DNA of 64,000 nucleotides from Heptranchias perlo. Lineage: Eukaryota. The translations under genes were made by a program, and so were the position numbers. Where the stretch lies: the NCBI RefSeq assembly GCF_035084215.1, contig NC_090338.1, positions 9,114,001 through 9,178,000 of the forward strand, written 5' to 3'. Below are positions 51,574-64,000 of the stretch, in pieces. Numbering within the stretch: the first letter of the stretch is position 1; each line of letters starts with the position of its first letter. The notes under the pieces were generated by a model. That model was given only the letters and a program-made list of their open reading frames with translations. It was not told the origin of the DNA and did not search any database.

Positions 51574-54500
51574 TTTTTTTTATTCTTGCATGGGATGTGG
51601 GCGTCGCTAGCGAGGCCAGCATTTATTGCCCATCCCTAATTGCCCTTGAGAAGGTGGTGGTGAGCCGCCTTCTTCAACCGCTGCAGTCCTTGTGGTGACA
51701 GTTTTCCCACAGTGCTGTTAGGAAGGGAGTTCCAAGATTTTGACCCAGTGACGATGAACGAACGGCGATATATTTCCAAGTCGGAATATGTGTGCGACTT
51801 GGAGGGGAACGTGCAGGTGGCCTTGTTCCCAAGTACCTGCTGCTCTTGTCCTTCTAGGTGGTGGAGGTCGCGGGTTTGGAAGGTGCTGTCGAAGAAGCCT
51901 TGGCGAGTTGCTGCAGTGCATCCTGTGGATGGTACACACTGCAGCCACGATGCGCCGGTGGTGAAAGGAGTGAATGTTTAGGGTGGTGGATACGGTGCCA
52001 ATCAAGCGGGCTGCTTTGTCCTGGATTGTGTCGAGCTTCTTGAATGTTGTTGGAGCTGCACTCATCCAGGCAAGTGGAGAGTATTCCATCACACTCCTGA
52101 CTTGTGCCTTGTAGATGGTGGAAAGGCTTTGTGGAGTCAGGGGGTGAGTCACTCGCCAAAGAATACCCAGCCTCTGACCTGCTCTTGTAGCTACAGTATT
52201 TATATGGCTGGTCCAGTTAAGTTTCTGGTCAATGGTGACTCCCAGGATGTTGATGGTGGGGGATTCGGCGATGGTAATGCCATTGAATGTCAAAGGGAGG
52301 TGGTTAGACACACTCTTGTTGGAGATGGTCATTGCCTGGCACTTGTCTGGTGCGAATGTTACTTGCCACTTATGAGCCCAGGCCTGGATGTTGTCCCGGT
52401 CTTGCTGCATGCGGGCACGGACTGCTTCACCATTTGAGAGGTTGCGAATGGAATTGAACACCGTGTAATCATCAGCGAAAATCCCCATTTCTGACGTTAT
52501 GATGGAGGGAAGGTCATTGATGAAGCAGCAGAAGGTGGTTGGACCTAGGACACTGCCCTGAGAAACTCCTGCAGCAATGCCCTGGGGCTGAGATGATTGG
52601 CCTCAAAAAACCACTACCATCTTCCTTTGTGATAAGTATGACTACAGCCACTGATGATTTTTCCCCCTGATTCCAATTTACTTCAATTTTACTAGGGCTC
52701 CTTGGTGCCACACTCAGCCAAATGCTGCCTTGATGTCAAGGGCAATCACTTTCACCTCACCTCTGGAATTCAGCTCTTTTGCCCATGTTTGGACCAAGGC
52801 TGTAATGAGGTCTGGCAGCAAGTGGTCCTGGCGTAACCCAAACTGAGCAGGTTATTGGTGAGTAAGTGCCGCTTGATAGCACTGTCGATGACACCTTCCA
52901 GCACTTTGCTGATGATTGAGAGTAGATTGATGGGGCGGTAATTGGCCGGATTGGATTTGTCCTGCTTTTTGTGGACAGGACATACCTGGGCAATTTTCCA
53001 CATTGTCGGGTAGATGCCAGTGTTGTAGCTGTACTGGAACAGCTTGGCTAGAGGCGCAGCTAGTTCTGGAGCACAAGTCTTCAGCACTACAGCCGGGATG
53101 TTGTCAGGGCCCATAGCCTTTGCTGTATCCACTGCACTCAGCCGTTTCTTGATATCACGTGGAGTGAATCGAATTGGCTGAAGACTGTCTTCGGTGATGG
53201 TGGGGATATCGGGAGGAGGCCGAGATTGATCATCCACTCGGCACTTCTGGCTGAAGATGGTTGCAAACGCTTCAGCCTTGTCTTTTGCACTCACGTGCTG
53301 GACTCTGCCATCATTGAGAATGGGGATGTTTACAGAGCCTCCTCCTCCCGTTAGTTGTTTCATTGTCCACCACCAATCACGACTGCAGAGCTTTGATCTG
53401 ATCCGTTGGTTGTGGAATCGCTTAGCTCTGTCTATAGCATGTTGCTTGCGCTGTTTAGCATGCATGGAGTCCTGAGTTGTAGCTTCACCAGGTTGGCACC
53501 TCATTTTTCACTCCGCCCGGTGTTGCTCCTGGCATGCTCTTCTGCACTCCTCATTGAAACAGGGTTGATCCCCTGGCTTGTTGGTAATGTTAGAGTGAGG
53601 AATATGCCGGGCCATGAGGTTACAGATTGTGCTGGAATACAATTCTGCTGCTGCTGATGGCCCACAGCGCCTCATGGATGCCCAGTTTTGATCTGCTAGA
53701 TCTGTTCTGAATCTATCCCATTTAGCACGGTGGTAGTGCCACACGATACGTTGGATGGTGTCCTCTGTGCGAAGACGGGACTTCATCTCCACGAGGACTG
53801 TGTGGTGGTCACTCCTACCAATACTCTCATGGACAGATGCATTTGTGACAGGTAGATTGATGATCACGAGGTCAACATTTTTTTCCCTCGTATTGGTTCG
53901 CTCATCACCTGCCCCTGGCCCAGTCTGGCAGCTATGTCCTTCAGGACTCGGCCAGCTCGGTCAGCAGTGATGCGACCGAGCCTCTCTTGGTGATGGACTT
54001 TAAAGCCCCCCACCCAGAGTACATTCTTTGCTCTTTGCTACCTTCAGTGCTTCCTGCAAGTGGTGTGCAACATGGAGGAGGACTGATTCACCATCTGAGG
54101 GAGGGCGGTAGGTGGTAATCAGCAGGAGGTTTCCTTGCCAATGTTTGACCTGATGCCTTGAGATTTCATGGGGTCTGGAGTCAATGTTGAGGACTCCCAG
54201 GGCCACTCCCTCCTGACTGTACATTACTGTACTGCCACCTCTGTTGGGCCTTTCCTGCCGGTGGGACAGGACATTCCCAGGGAAGGTGATGGAGGAGTCT
54301 GGCATGTTGCCTGAAGGGCATGATTCTGTGAGTATGGCTATGTCAGGCTGTTGCTTGACTAGTCTGTGGGACTGCTCTCCTAATTTTGGCACAAGTCCCC
54401 AGATGTTAGTGAGGAGGATTTTGCAGGGTCGACTGGGCTTGGATTGTCTTTGTCGTGTCTGGTGCCTAGTGGTCCGATGCCGGGTGGTCCATCCCGTTTT

Positions 54501-54861
54501 ATTCTTATTCTGACTTTTCGTAGCAAGATTTTAAAACTGAGTGGCTTGCTAGGCCATTTCAGAGGGCGATTAAGAATCAACCACATTATTGTGGGTCTGG
54601 AGTCACTAATAATCCAGAACAGGTAAGGAAAGCAGGTTCCCTTCCCGAAAGGGGGTTAATGAACCAAATGGGTTTTTACGACAATCCGGTCGGCTCACGG
54701 ACACCATTATTGATACTAGCTTTTTTTTATTCCAGAATTTTATTTAATTAATCGAATTTAAATTCGCCAGCTGCCGTCGGAGGATTTGAACTCATAACTC
54801 TAAGATTATTAGTCCAGGTCTCTAGATTTCTAGTCTAGTAACATAAGCACTATGCTACCGT
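51574..54861 (-). mobile_element. Near full-length LINE family B (APE endonuclease + RT) with a tRNA-like 5' head
   Basis: APE motifs ILLTNIWGL, PDIAILTE, SDHHTV; RT ORFs 52770-53504 and 51718-52488 (FADD); reverse tail at 51574; A box 54847-54857 and B box 54782-54791 on the - strand. Confidence 0.9.
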
Positions 54862-54869
54862 TGTTGGCA

Positions 54870-55515
54870 CAGGATCGCTCTTCAAGCCCCTCGACTGTTG
54901 GTGAGCTTAGACTCTAGTCTCCCATTTTTCACTGTAAGTCTTTCTCTTGTGATATTTTTCGACTGTGTAGTCGATATCACAATTCTAGCCATCAATTGCA
55001 AACTCTCCAGCATTGAAAGGATATCAGTTAGACATTATTTCAAACTCTGTTTTTCGTCTGACTGTCTCCCAGTTTCCTCTAATTGATTCCTATTTTCCTC
55101 TTTTAATTGTTTAATTCGTTCCTCACTCATAATTGCACATAAGTTGGCCACCCAAACAAGAGTCCTTTTGCCAATTCTCACCATCATCTTTTTATTTCGA
55201 ATTTGATCCCTTACCCATTCTACAGCTATCTCATAAGCCTCATCCTTCTCCACAATTTTGGAGATCAATTCCTCGGACGACTTTAGTTTCATTTTCAGTA
55301 TCTATTCTCATATTTCGACGACATTTGCCATGATCGCTTGTACTTAAAGAAGAACTTACTTCTGGAATTTGAACAATTTGCATCTTTTGAGATCAAATGA
55401 AGTCTGTCCACTTCTAATCGTTGTCTTTTAGATGTTTGATTTTATGTCAACACAAAACATTGATTAATCACATCCTGCCGCAGGTCACCAATTTGTAACA
55501 GATTCGGACGTGGGG
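54870..55515 (-). mobile_element. 5' fragment of an LTR retroelement (LTR end, PBS-like site, gag-like ORF)
   Basis: Minus strand ..tgttaca aat TGGtgacctgcggcaggat (55500-55472), then a charged coiled-coil-like ORF at 55035-55292. Confidence 0.4.
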
Positions 55516-55519
55516 CCAA

Positions 55520-58500
55520 CGCCTTTCCACCATCTTTAAGGCACAAGTCAGGAGTGTGATGGAATACTCTCCACTTGCCTGAATGAATGCAGCTCCAACA
55601 ACACTCAAGAAGCTCGACACCATCCAAGACAAAGCAACCCGCTTGATTGGCATCCAATCCACCACCCTAAACATTCACGACATTCACCACCGTTGCACTG
55701 TGGCTGCAGTGTGTACCATCCACAGGATGCACTGCAGCAACTCGCCAAGGCTTCTTCGACAGCACCTCGCAAACCCGCGACCTCTACCACCTAGAAGGAC
55801 AAGAGCAGCAGGTACGTGGCAACACCACCACCTGCACGTCCCCCTCCAAGTCACAGACCATCCCTACTTGGAAATATATCGCCGTTCCTTCATCGTCCCT
55901 GGGTCAAAATCCTGGAACTCTCTTCCTAACAGCACTGTGGGAGAACCTTCACCGTTCTCCCTCAGCTGATGAATCAGTCCTCCTCCATGTTGAGCACCAC
56001 TTGGAGGAAGCACTGAGGGTAGCAAGGGCACAAAACGTACTCTAGGTGGGGGACTTCAATGTCCATCACCAAGAGTGGCTCGGTAGCACCACTACTGATC
56101 GAACTGGCCGAATCCTGAAGGACATAGCTGCCAGACTGGGCCTGCGGCAGGTGGTGAGCGAATGAACATGAGGGAAAAACTTACTTGCCCTCGTCCTCAC
56201 CAATCTACCTGTCGCAAATGCATCTGTCGATGACAGTATTGGTAGGAGTGACCACCGCACAGTCCTCGTGGAGACGAAGTCCCGTCTTCGCACTGAGGAC
56301 ACCATCCAATGTGTTGTGTGGCACTACCACCATGCTAAATGGGATAGATTCAGAACAGATCTAGCAGCTCAAAACTGGGCATCCATGAGGCGATGTGGGC
56401 CATCAGCAGCAGCAGCAGAATTGTATTCCAGCACAATCTGTAATCTCATGGTCTGGCATATTCCTCACTCTAACATTACCAACAAGACAGGGGATCAACA
56501 CTGGGTCAATGAGGAGTGTAGAAGAGCATGCCAGGAGCAGCACCAGGCGTATCTAAAAATGAGGTGCCAACCTCGTGAAGCTACAACTCAGGACTACATG
56601 CATGCTAAACAGAGGAAGCAACATGCTATAGGCAGAGCTAAGCGATTCCACAACCAACGGATCAGATCAAAGCTCTGCAGTCCTGCCACATCCAGTCGTG
56701 AATGGTGGTGGACAATTAAACAACTAACGGGAGGAGGATGTTCTGCAAACATCCTCATCCTCAATGATGGCAGATTCCAGCACGTGAGTGCAAAAGACGA
56801 GGCTGAAGCGTTTGCAACCATCTTCAGCCAGAAGTGCCGAGTGGATGATCCATCTCGGCCTCCTCCCGATCTCCCCACCATCACAGAAGCCAGTCTTCAG
56901 CCAATTCGATTCACTCCATGTGATATCAAGAAACGGCTGAGTGCACTGGATGCAGTAAAGGCTAGGGGCCCCGACACCATCCCAGCTCTAGTGCTGAAGA
57001 CTTGTGCTCCAGAACTAGCTGCGCCTCTAGCCAAGCTGCTCCAGTGCAGCTACAACAATGGCATCGACCCGACAATGTGGAAAATTGCCCAGGTATGTCC
57101 TGTCCACATAAAGCAGGACAAATCCGATCCAGCCAATTACTGCCCCATCAGTCTACTCTCAATCATCAGCAAAGTGATGGTAGGTGTCATCGACAGTGCT
57201 ATCAAGCGGCACCTACTCACCAATAACCTGCTCAGCGATACTCAGTTTGTGTTCCGCCAGGACCACTCGATTCGAGACCTCATTACAGCCTTTGTCCAAA
57301 CATGGACAAAAGAACTGAATTCCAGAGGTGAGGTGACCGAGTGTGGCACCAAGAAGCCCGAGTAAAATTGAAGTCAATGGGAATCAGGGGGAAAAATCTC
57401 CAGTCGCTGGAGTCATACCTAGCACAAAGGAAGATGTTAGTGGTTGTTGGAGGCCAATCATCTCAGCCCCAGGGCATTGCTGTAGAAGTTCCTCAGGGCA
57501 GTGTCCTAGGCCCAATCATATTCAGCTGCTTCATCAATGACCTTCCCTCCATCATAAGGTCAGAAATGGGGATGTTCTCTGATGATTGCACAGTGTTCAG
57601 TTCCATTCGCAACTCCTCAAATAATAAAACAGTCCGAGCCCGCATGCAGCAAGACCTGGACAACATCCAGGCTTGGGCTCATAAGTGGCAAGTAACATTC
57701 GTGCCAGACAAGTGCCAGGCAATAACCATCTCCAGAAAGAAAGAGTCTAACCACCTCCCCTTGACATTCAACGGCATTACCATCACCGAATCCCCCACCA
57801 TCAACATCCTGGGGGTCACCATTGACCAGAAACTTAACTGGACCAGCCATATAAATACTGTGGCTACGAGAGCAGGTCAGAGGCTGGGTATTCTGTGGCG
57901 AGTGACTCACCTCCTGACTCCCCAAAGCCTTTCCACCATCTACAAGGCACAAGTCAGGAGTGTGATGGAATACTCTCCACTTGCTTGGACGAGTGCAGCT
58001 CCAACAACACTCAAGAATCTCGACACCATCCAAGATAAAGCAGCCCTCTTGATTGGCACCGAATCCACCACTCTAAACATTCACTCCCTTCAGCACCGGT
58101 GCACAGTGGCTGCAGTGTGTACCATCCACAGGATGCACTGCAGCAACTCGCCAAGGCTTCTTCGACAGCACCTCCCAAACCCGCGACCTCTACCACCTAG
58201 AAGGACAAGAGCAGCAGGTACATGGAAACAACACCACCTGCACATTCCCCTCCAAGTCACACACCATCCCGACTTGGAAATATATCGCTGTTCCTTCATC
58301 GTCGCTGGGTCAAAATCCTGGAACTCCCTTCCTAACAGCACTGTGGGAGAACCGTCATCACACGGACTGCAGCGGTTCAAGAAGGCGGCTCACCACCACC
58401 TTCTCAAGGGCAATTAGGGATGGGCAATAAATGCCGGCCTCGCCAGCGACGCCCACATCCCACGAACGAATAAAAAAAAAACATGGACTGCAGCGGTTCA

Positions 58501-58602
58501 AGAAGGCGGCTCACCACCTCCTTCTCAGGGGCAATTAGGGATGGGCAATAAATGCTGGCCTCGCCATCGACGCCCACATCCCATGAATGAATGAAAAAAA
58601 AA
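55520..58602 (+). mobile_element. Rearranged LINE family B: 3' fragment (55520-55953) + long copy (55956-58481) + duplicated tail (58482-58602)
   Basis: ORFs 56268-57365 and 57341-58417 (VPQGSVLGP, FSDD); short internal deletion near 57337; two poly-A tails. Confidence 0.92.
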
Positions 58603-59354
58603 TCAATGTCTCATTTATTAATAGTTAAATCAAACATGTAGAGTTGTCAAATATTAGAAGGCGGTAATAATACAACGTTTTAAACAATATAACCCCGTTA
58701 TTAGAAGACAGTAATAATACAGATATTAAAATGAAATTACCCCGATTGATCTCAGGACAGAGTTTGTAATATATTGGTGGCATAGTCATTTCGAGTTGTT
58801 TTCTGACAGGCTGATAATCTTCTCACAGTCTGGTCGATGTCTAACATCTTGTTCGATTTTTGTTGCAGAGGTTGTAATCTTCTGCATCTGGATGTTCTTC
58901 GCTGATTCCTCTGCACCAAGCTAAAAATGATGTCAGGTTTTTAAAGCCCGCTGGAAGGAATCTTAGGACATTTATGGGGTAGCTATTCATAAAAACCCTT
59001 ATAGAAATACAAGGGATTTTTTCCACAATACAACGTGACCAGATTGCACAAGACTCTTTGCAAGGTGTTTTTTTTTTACTAAATTCAAGATAACCAGTCG
59101 TCCTTTAATTGCTGTTCCACTTTTCCTGGGTCATTGTTCCTCTATAAATCATATAGTGCATAGTGTTCTTGCCACATACTGGGAATGACAAGATTCAGTC
59201 ATTAGTCAACGGTCTGTATTACAATTCAGCAAAACAGGTCAAAGGTCGGTATTTTACAATTCAGCAAATTAAACAGACACAGCCTGCAGAGCATGTTAGT
59301 TAATAGCATTAACAAAAAATGTCAATTTGTCCCTATTCCCAAAATTCTTATGGA

Positions 59355-61635
59355 TAGTACATACTGCAGCCACAGTATGTCCATGGTGGCTGGGGTGGTT
59401 GTTTATAGAAACATAATAAATAGGAGCAGGAGTAGGCCATTTGGCCCTGCTCCACCATTCAATATGATCATTGCTGATCCTCTGTCTCAATACCATATTC
59501 CTGCTCTCACTTCCTTCTGTGTCTAGAAATCTGTCTCCTTCTTAAATATATTCAGTGACTTGGCTTCCACAGCCTTCTGTGGTAGAGAATTCCACAGGTT
59601 CACCACCCTCTGAGTGACGAAATTTCTCCTCATCTCAATCTTAAATGTCCTACCCCGTATCCTGAGACTGTACCCCCTCATTCTAGACCCACCCCCCAGC
59701 TTGGGGGAACATCCTCCCTGCATTCAGTCTGTCTAGCCCTGTCAGAACTTTATACGTTTCAAAGAGATCCCCTCTCATTCTTCTAAACTCTAGTGAATAC
59801 AGGCCTAGTTGACCAATCTCTCCTCATACGACGATCCTGCCATCCCAGGAATCAGTATGGTGAATCTTCGCTGCACTCCCTCTATGGCAAGCATAGCCTT
59901 TCTTAGGTAAGGAGAACAAAACTACACACAATACTCCAGCTGTCGTCTTACCAAGGCCCTGTATAACTGCAGTAAGACGGGGTGCCATTTTAGTGGAATG
60001 TTTTTTTCCAGGATGGTGTCGACCTTCTTGAGTTTTATTACAGCTGCACCCATCCAGGAAAGTGGAGACTATTCCATCACACTACTGTGATGCGGTAGGC
60101 AATGGAAATGCTTTGGAAAGTCAGGAGGTGAACCATTTGCCCGCAGAATACCTAGCCTCTGCCGTGCTTTAGCAGTCACAGCATTTATCTGGTTGGTACA
60201 GTTGAGATACTGGTCAATAGTGAACAGCAAAATGTTGATGACGGGGGAATCGGCGATCATAATGCCATTGAATGCCAAGGCGTTAGGAGGGGGATTATAC
60301 TCCCTCTTGTTAGAGATGGTCGTTGCCTAGCACTTGTGTGGTGTAAATGCCACATGCCACTTATAAGTGCAAACCTGGATGTTGTTCAGGTCTTTCTTCA
60401 CGTGGGCATGTTCTGCTTCATTGTCTGAGGAATTGTGAATTGAGCAGAACACTGTGCAATAATCAGCAAACATCTCCACCTCTGACATTATGATGGAGGG
60501 AAAGTATGATAATGGAGCCTTCTCCGCTAGTTTGTTTCATAATTGTCCACTGCCATTCACCACATGATGTTGTAGTGTAGCACAGCTTTGGCCCGATCCA
60601 TTGGTTGTGGGATTGCTTAGCTCTTTCTACAGCACGCTGCATTCAAAGTTTAGTATGCATGTAGTTCTGTGTTGTAGCTTCGCTCGGTTGGCACCTCATT
60701 GTCAGGTATGCCTGACGCTGCACCTCTATGGTTCATTGAACGAGGATTGTTCATCTTGCCTGGTGGTGATGGAGGAGTGTGAGATATGCCGGCCTTTGAG
60801 GTTACATACAGATTGTGGTTTATACAATCCTGCTACTGCTGCCGATTGCTCACAGCGCCTCATAGATGCTCTGTTTTGAGCTGCTAGAGCTGATCTTAAT
60901 CTGTCTCACTTAGCACGGCGGTAGTGAGAATCCCTACGTGGTCAGTTTTTGGTAAAATATTAAGATGCCTATGTGGCAAAGAAGCAGAATGCAAAATGAT
61001 TAGAAAGGGTTAATTAGTTAGTAACTGAGATCGGTACAGGTGGCCTAGCCTCCTGCTGGGCCATATGTTTGCGTAGTCAGCAGGGTTGCATGGTCTTAGC
61101 AATGTAGAGTCTTTGATGTGATTCAAGGACTGGTCTGAATGTCTCCATGTTTATGGCAGATCAATATAGGTAACGAGCTTAGCCAAAGTTGAAAGACATT
61201 CCAGGTTGGGAGATAAGGAACAGAAGGGACAGGGAAGAACATTCCAAGTTGGAAGGTGAGGAAGTATCCCCTTTGATGTCTAACAGCAGCATGATCAGCA
61301 CATGGACGATCTATGATTGGCCGGCAATAATGTAACCTCGCATGGCAACCTGTGCCCGGCTTATGATTGGTGTTGACCCTCGTTAAGTATGTTCCAACCC
61401 TATTGATTTGTGTAAAAACGTGTGGATTTCTGTATGTTTTTGTTCTTGCTCTGCCAGCATAGAGGGACTCTATCAGGAGTCCAAATCAATGCTGCAGACT
61501 AAGAACCCTGCTATTAAAGATGTGTTGAACTTTAAAATGTATTCGACTTCAGTTTTTACTGAACCAGACTGAGGGGAAAGAATCCGGATCGTCAGTAGTG
61601 CCACACGACATGATGGAGGGTGTCCTCGTTGTGAA
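59355..61635 (-). mobile_element. Degenerate LINE family B with a nested CR1 (59405-59980) and a solo LTR
   Basis: Family B similarity at 59355-59400, 60010-60924 and 61595-61630; CR1 minus ORF 59523-59723 (FVTQRVVNLWNSLP). Confidence 0.75.
60925..61594 (+). mobile_element. Solo LTR (670 bp) with 4-bp TSD
   Basis: TG..CA termini (tgagaatcc / ggatcgtca), GTAG duplicated at 60921-60924 and 61595-61598, ATTAAA near 61513; splits the host LINE sequence gtag|tgccacacg. Confidence 0.75.
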
Positions 61636-62604
61636 TTTGACTATTTTTTTCTGCTTTTACTGAGCGTACACTTAACCAGTGCGAGAGATCATGCAGTTAA
61701 TTATCAATGGTCAGGAATGAAACACGGAGCCCAAAGAAAAAGGATAATGTTTTAAGCCCATCGTCAAGTTGATCTCTGATGTGCCTGTTGGTCTAAAACT
61801 CGTCAATTTGGATAGTTATTACTGTATGAATCCATAGATAGAAAAACATAAGGTGATTAGTTTGTCCTAATTTATTTGTGCAATGTTTTGTATCTCGATA
61901 TCTGAGTTCTTTTTATGACAGATGTGGAATGTTCAAAGCTCTCAGAATGCTAATCCTTTTTGGAGCTACTGAAGGCAAGGCAACGAGACTTTCTCCGGTC
62001 CAGGGTTATCCCAAGTTTTAATACATAACCCGTTAAAATAACATACTTTTATTCTTAACCAACATCCTAGAATTGCCCTGAACATCACACACACAGGCTG
62101 TGCACTTTCCTCAGGTTCAGGAGTTTTACATTACAGGAGTTGTAGATGGCAATTGTTGATACAGGGCAGAACAATGAACGGCGGTAGCATATAACGAACA
62201 TGCACTAAAAATGCTGTTACAAAATCCACACCTTCCTAACGCACATAGTAGAACAAAACCAATTCATTCTATTTGATGGCAGTGGATCAGGTGTACAACA
62301 GGTTTGGCAAATATTTTACTTACTGTCGCTACGTATACAGAAGGGCAATTGTGTGGTTTAATTGAAAACATTCTACAATTTAAAAAAAACTAGCGAAGCA
62401 TCCCGCAAATACACCGGTTAACCAAGTGGATGATTTAATATGCCTGTTTTTTATTTATCTAAAGTTTGACGAGAACGTTTTACTATGAATGCCATGAGTT
62501 AGGTTGTTTTTAGATGGTGTGAAGATATGACTAATATATATCAAGCATAATTCATCAATAAAGCAAAACGTTAAATAATACACGAAATGTGAGGGCATGT
62601 GTTT

Positions 62605-62790
62605 TAAGATTGCACAACATTAAATCCATCAAATCATCCTACTAGGGTCCAGTATAGGATGACTGCTTTAAGAGTGTTTGGTGCTATTATTGGTTGAGTC
62701 TCTTTGTGTCGCTGTCTACCAATGAGGAGATGAAATGTGGCAATAGATCCAACACCACTCCCATGAAACGAAACACTGCGCAGCACTGGA
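62605..62790 (+). promoter_or_regulatory. Pcdh promoter with CSE (CGCT at 62710-62713)
   Basis: attattggttgagtctctttgtgtCGCTgtctaccaatgagg..agatccaacaccactccc. Confidence 0.85.
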
Positions 62791-63032
62791 GAACAAACAA
62801 CGTTCATTGCTCCGTGTCCTCCATTTACGTCTTAGAGTGGCCTTGAGGCATTTTAAGACGATTTTTATAAAGAGTCCTGGCGATTCTAACCAAAACAATT
62901 CACCAGTGCACAGAACGGAGCGTTTGATCTCGAAACGCAAGGTAATAAACAATTGTGTTCTTCAAATAATACGAACTGTGATCAGAATTATCGTTCTATC
63001 CGACAACCGTTTTTTACTGTTCTCCTTCAGAA

Positions 63033-64000
63033 ATGGCCGATTTCATTAATTACCGGTTGTCAAAATGGCAAGTTCTTTGTGGAATACTTGTGTACATTTC
63101 GGATTCAATTTGCGGGGACATTCGCTACTCCATCCCCGAAGAATTAGAGCGTGGCGCCTTTGTTGGGAACATTGCTCGGGATTTGGGATTAGATCTGGCA
63201 CAGCTCGCGGCTCGCAGATTTCGGATTGTATCTGAACGCAAAGTGAAATACCTGGACGTGAGTTTCAAAACAGGAACATTGGTCATAAGTGAGAAAACAG
63301 ACAGAGAACAGCTTTGCCAACAAGCCCTGAAATGTTTAATGAGGTTGCAGGCCGTGGTTGAAAATCCGGTCAAGCTGTATCGTGTTGAAATTGAGATTAC
63401 TGATATAAATGACAATTCGCCCGTATTCGATAGAAGTGAATTCCGCTTAAATATCTCAGAAATGACGTCGCCCGGAGCGCGCTTCATGCTCCAGAACGCG
63501 CATGACCCGGACGCCGGGACCAACAGTGTCCGCACCTATCAACTCAGCCACAGTGAACACTTCGTTTTGGATCTACAATCAGATATGGAGCAAAGCCACA
63601 CACCCGAGCTGGTCCTTGAGCAACCACTCGACAGAGAACAGCGACCTTCTCATCGGTTAACGCTGACGGCGATTGATGGAGGAACCCCTCGCAGAACCGG
63701 AACCACACAAATTATCATCACCGTCATTGACGGGAACGATAATACGCCGGTTTTCGAACATGATGTCTATGAGATCACAATTGCAGAAGACGTACCGATA
63801 GGTGTTTTGATGTTGACGGTAAAAGCCATTGATGTGGACGAAGGCCTAAATGGTGAGGTGTTCTATTCTTTCAGTGACCGTACCCCCGATAGTCTACGTA
63901 AGGTATTCAGTGTGAATTCTGAAAGCGGAGAAATAAGAGTAATTGGTAACCTGGATTACGAAGAAACGCAAGATTATCACATTTCTGTACAAGCTAAGGA
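63033..64000 (+). CDS. PCDH: Clustered protocadherin variable exon 5 (partial, runs off the window)
   Basis: Hand translation from ATG 63033: MADFINYRLSKWQVLCGILVYISDSICGDIRYSIPEELERGAFVGNIARDLGLD..., open to the window end through EC1-EC3; absent from the ORF track because there is no stop. Confidence 0.92.
   Translation, partial: MADFINYRLSKWQVLCGILVYISDSICGDIRYSIPEELERGAFVGNIARDLGLDLAQLAARRFRIVSERKVKYLDVSFKTGTLVISEKTDREQLCQQALKCLMRLQAVVENPVKLYRVEIEITDINDNSPVFDRSEFRLNISEMTSPGARFMLQNAHDPDAGTNSVRTYQLSHSEHFVLDLQSDMEQSHTPELVLEQPLDREQRPSHRLTLTAIDGGTPRRTGTTQIIITVIDGNDNTPVFEHDVYEITIAEDVPIGVLMLTVKAIDVDEGLNGEVFYSFSDRTPDSLRKVFSVNSESGEIRVIGNLDYEETQDYHISVQAK

Noticed and set aside
54775-54861. tRNA gene call for the A/B-box segment
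   Set aside because: No clean cloverleaf or downstream terminator; it is a retroelement head
62634-62662. 8-bp hairpin tcatccta..taggatga in a promoter
   Set aside because: Short, and not conserved in the other three promoters

Overview
Vertebrate genomic DNA, most likely from a cartilaginous fish (inferred from the repeat families and protocadherin style). It covers part of a clustered protocadherin (Pcdh) locus. Five tandem + strand variable exons are present. Three are intact (1188-3752, 27535-29997, 46785-49235), one is a pseudogene (38658-41072), and one is open but cut by the window edge (63033-64000). The four complete exons end in a GTGAG splice donor (phase 0 in the three intact ones), and each gene has a CGCT-box (CSE-type) promoter about 300-370 bp upstream. 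No constant exons were recognised. The spacers are packed with CR1 LINEs, a second APE-RT LINE family, Deu-domain SINEs, L2, Penelope-type fragments and LTR relics. Most notable: (1) a candidate conserved 68-89 nt 5'UTR intron ending exactly 2 nt before the ATG of the paralogues; (2) a TSD-flanked insertion made of a Penelope-like tail plus a perfect 249-bp fold-back copy of neighbouring DNA; (3) an APE-RT LINE with a tRNA-like Pol III head and a sense strand free of TTTT runs, suggesting a Pol III-transcribed protein-coding retroelement. All alignments and counts were done by eye.
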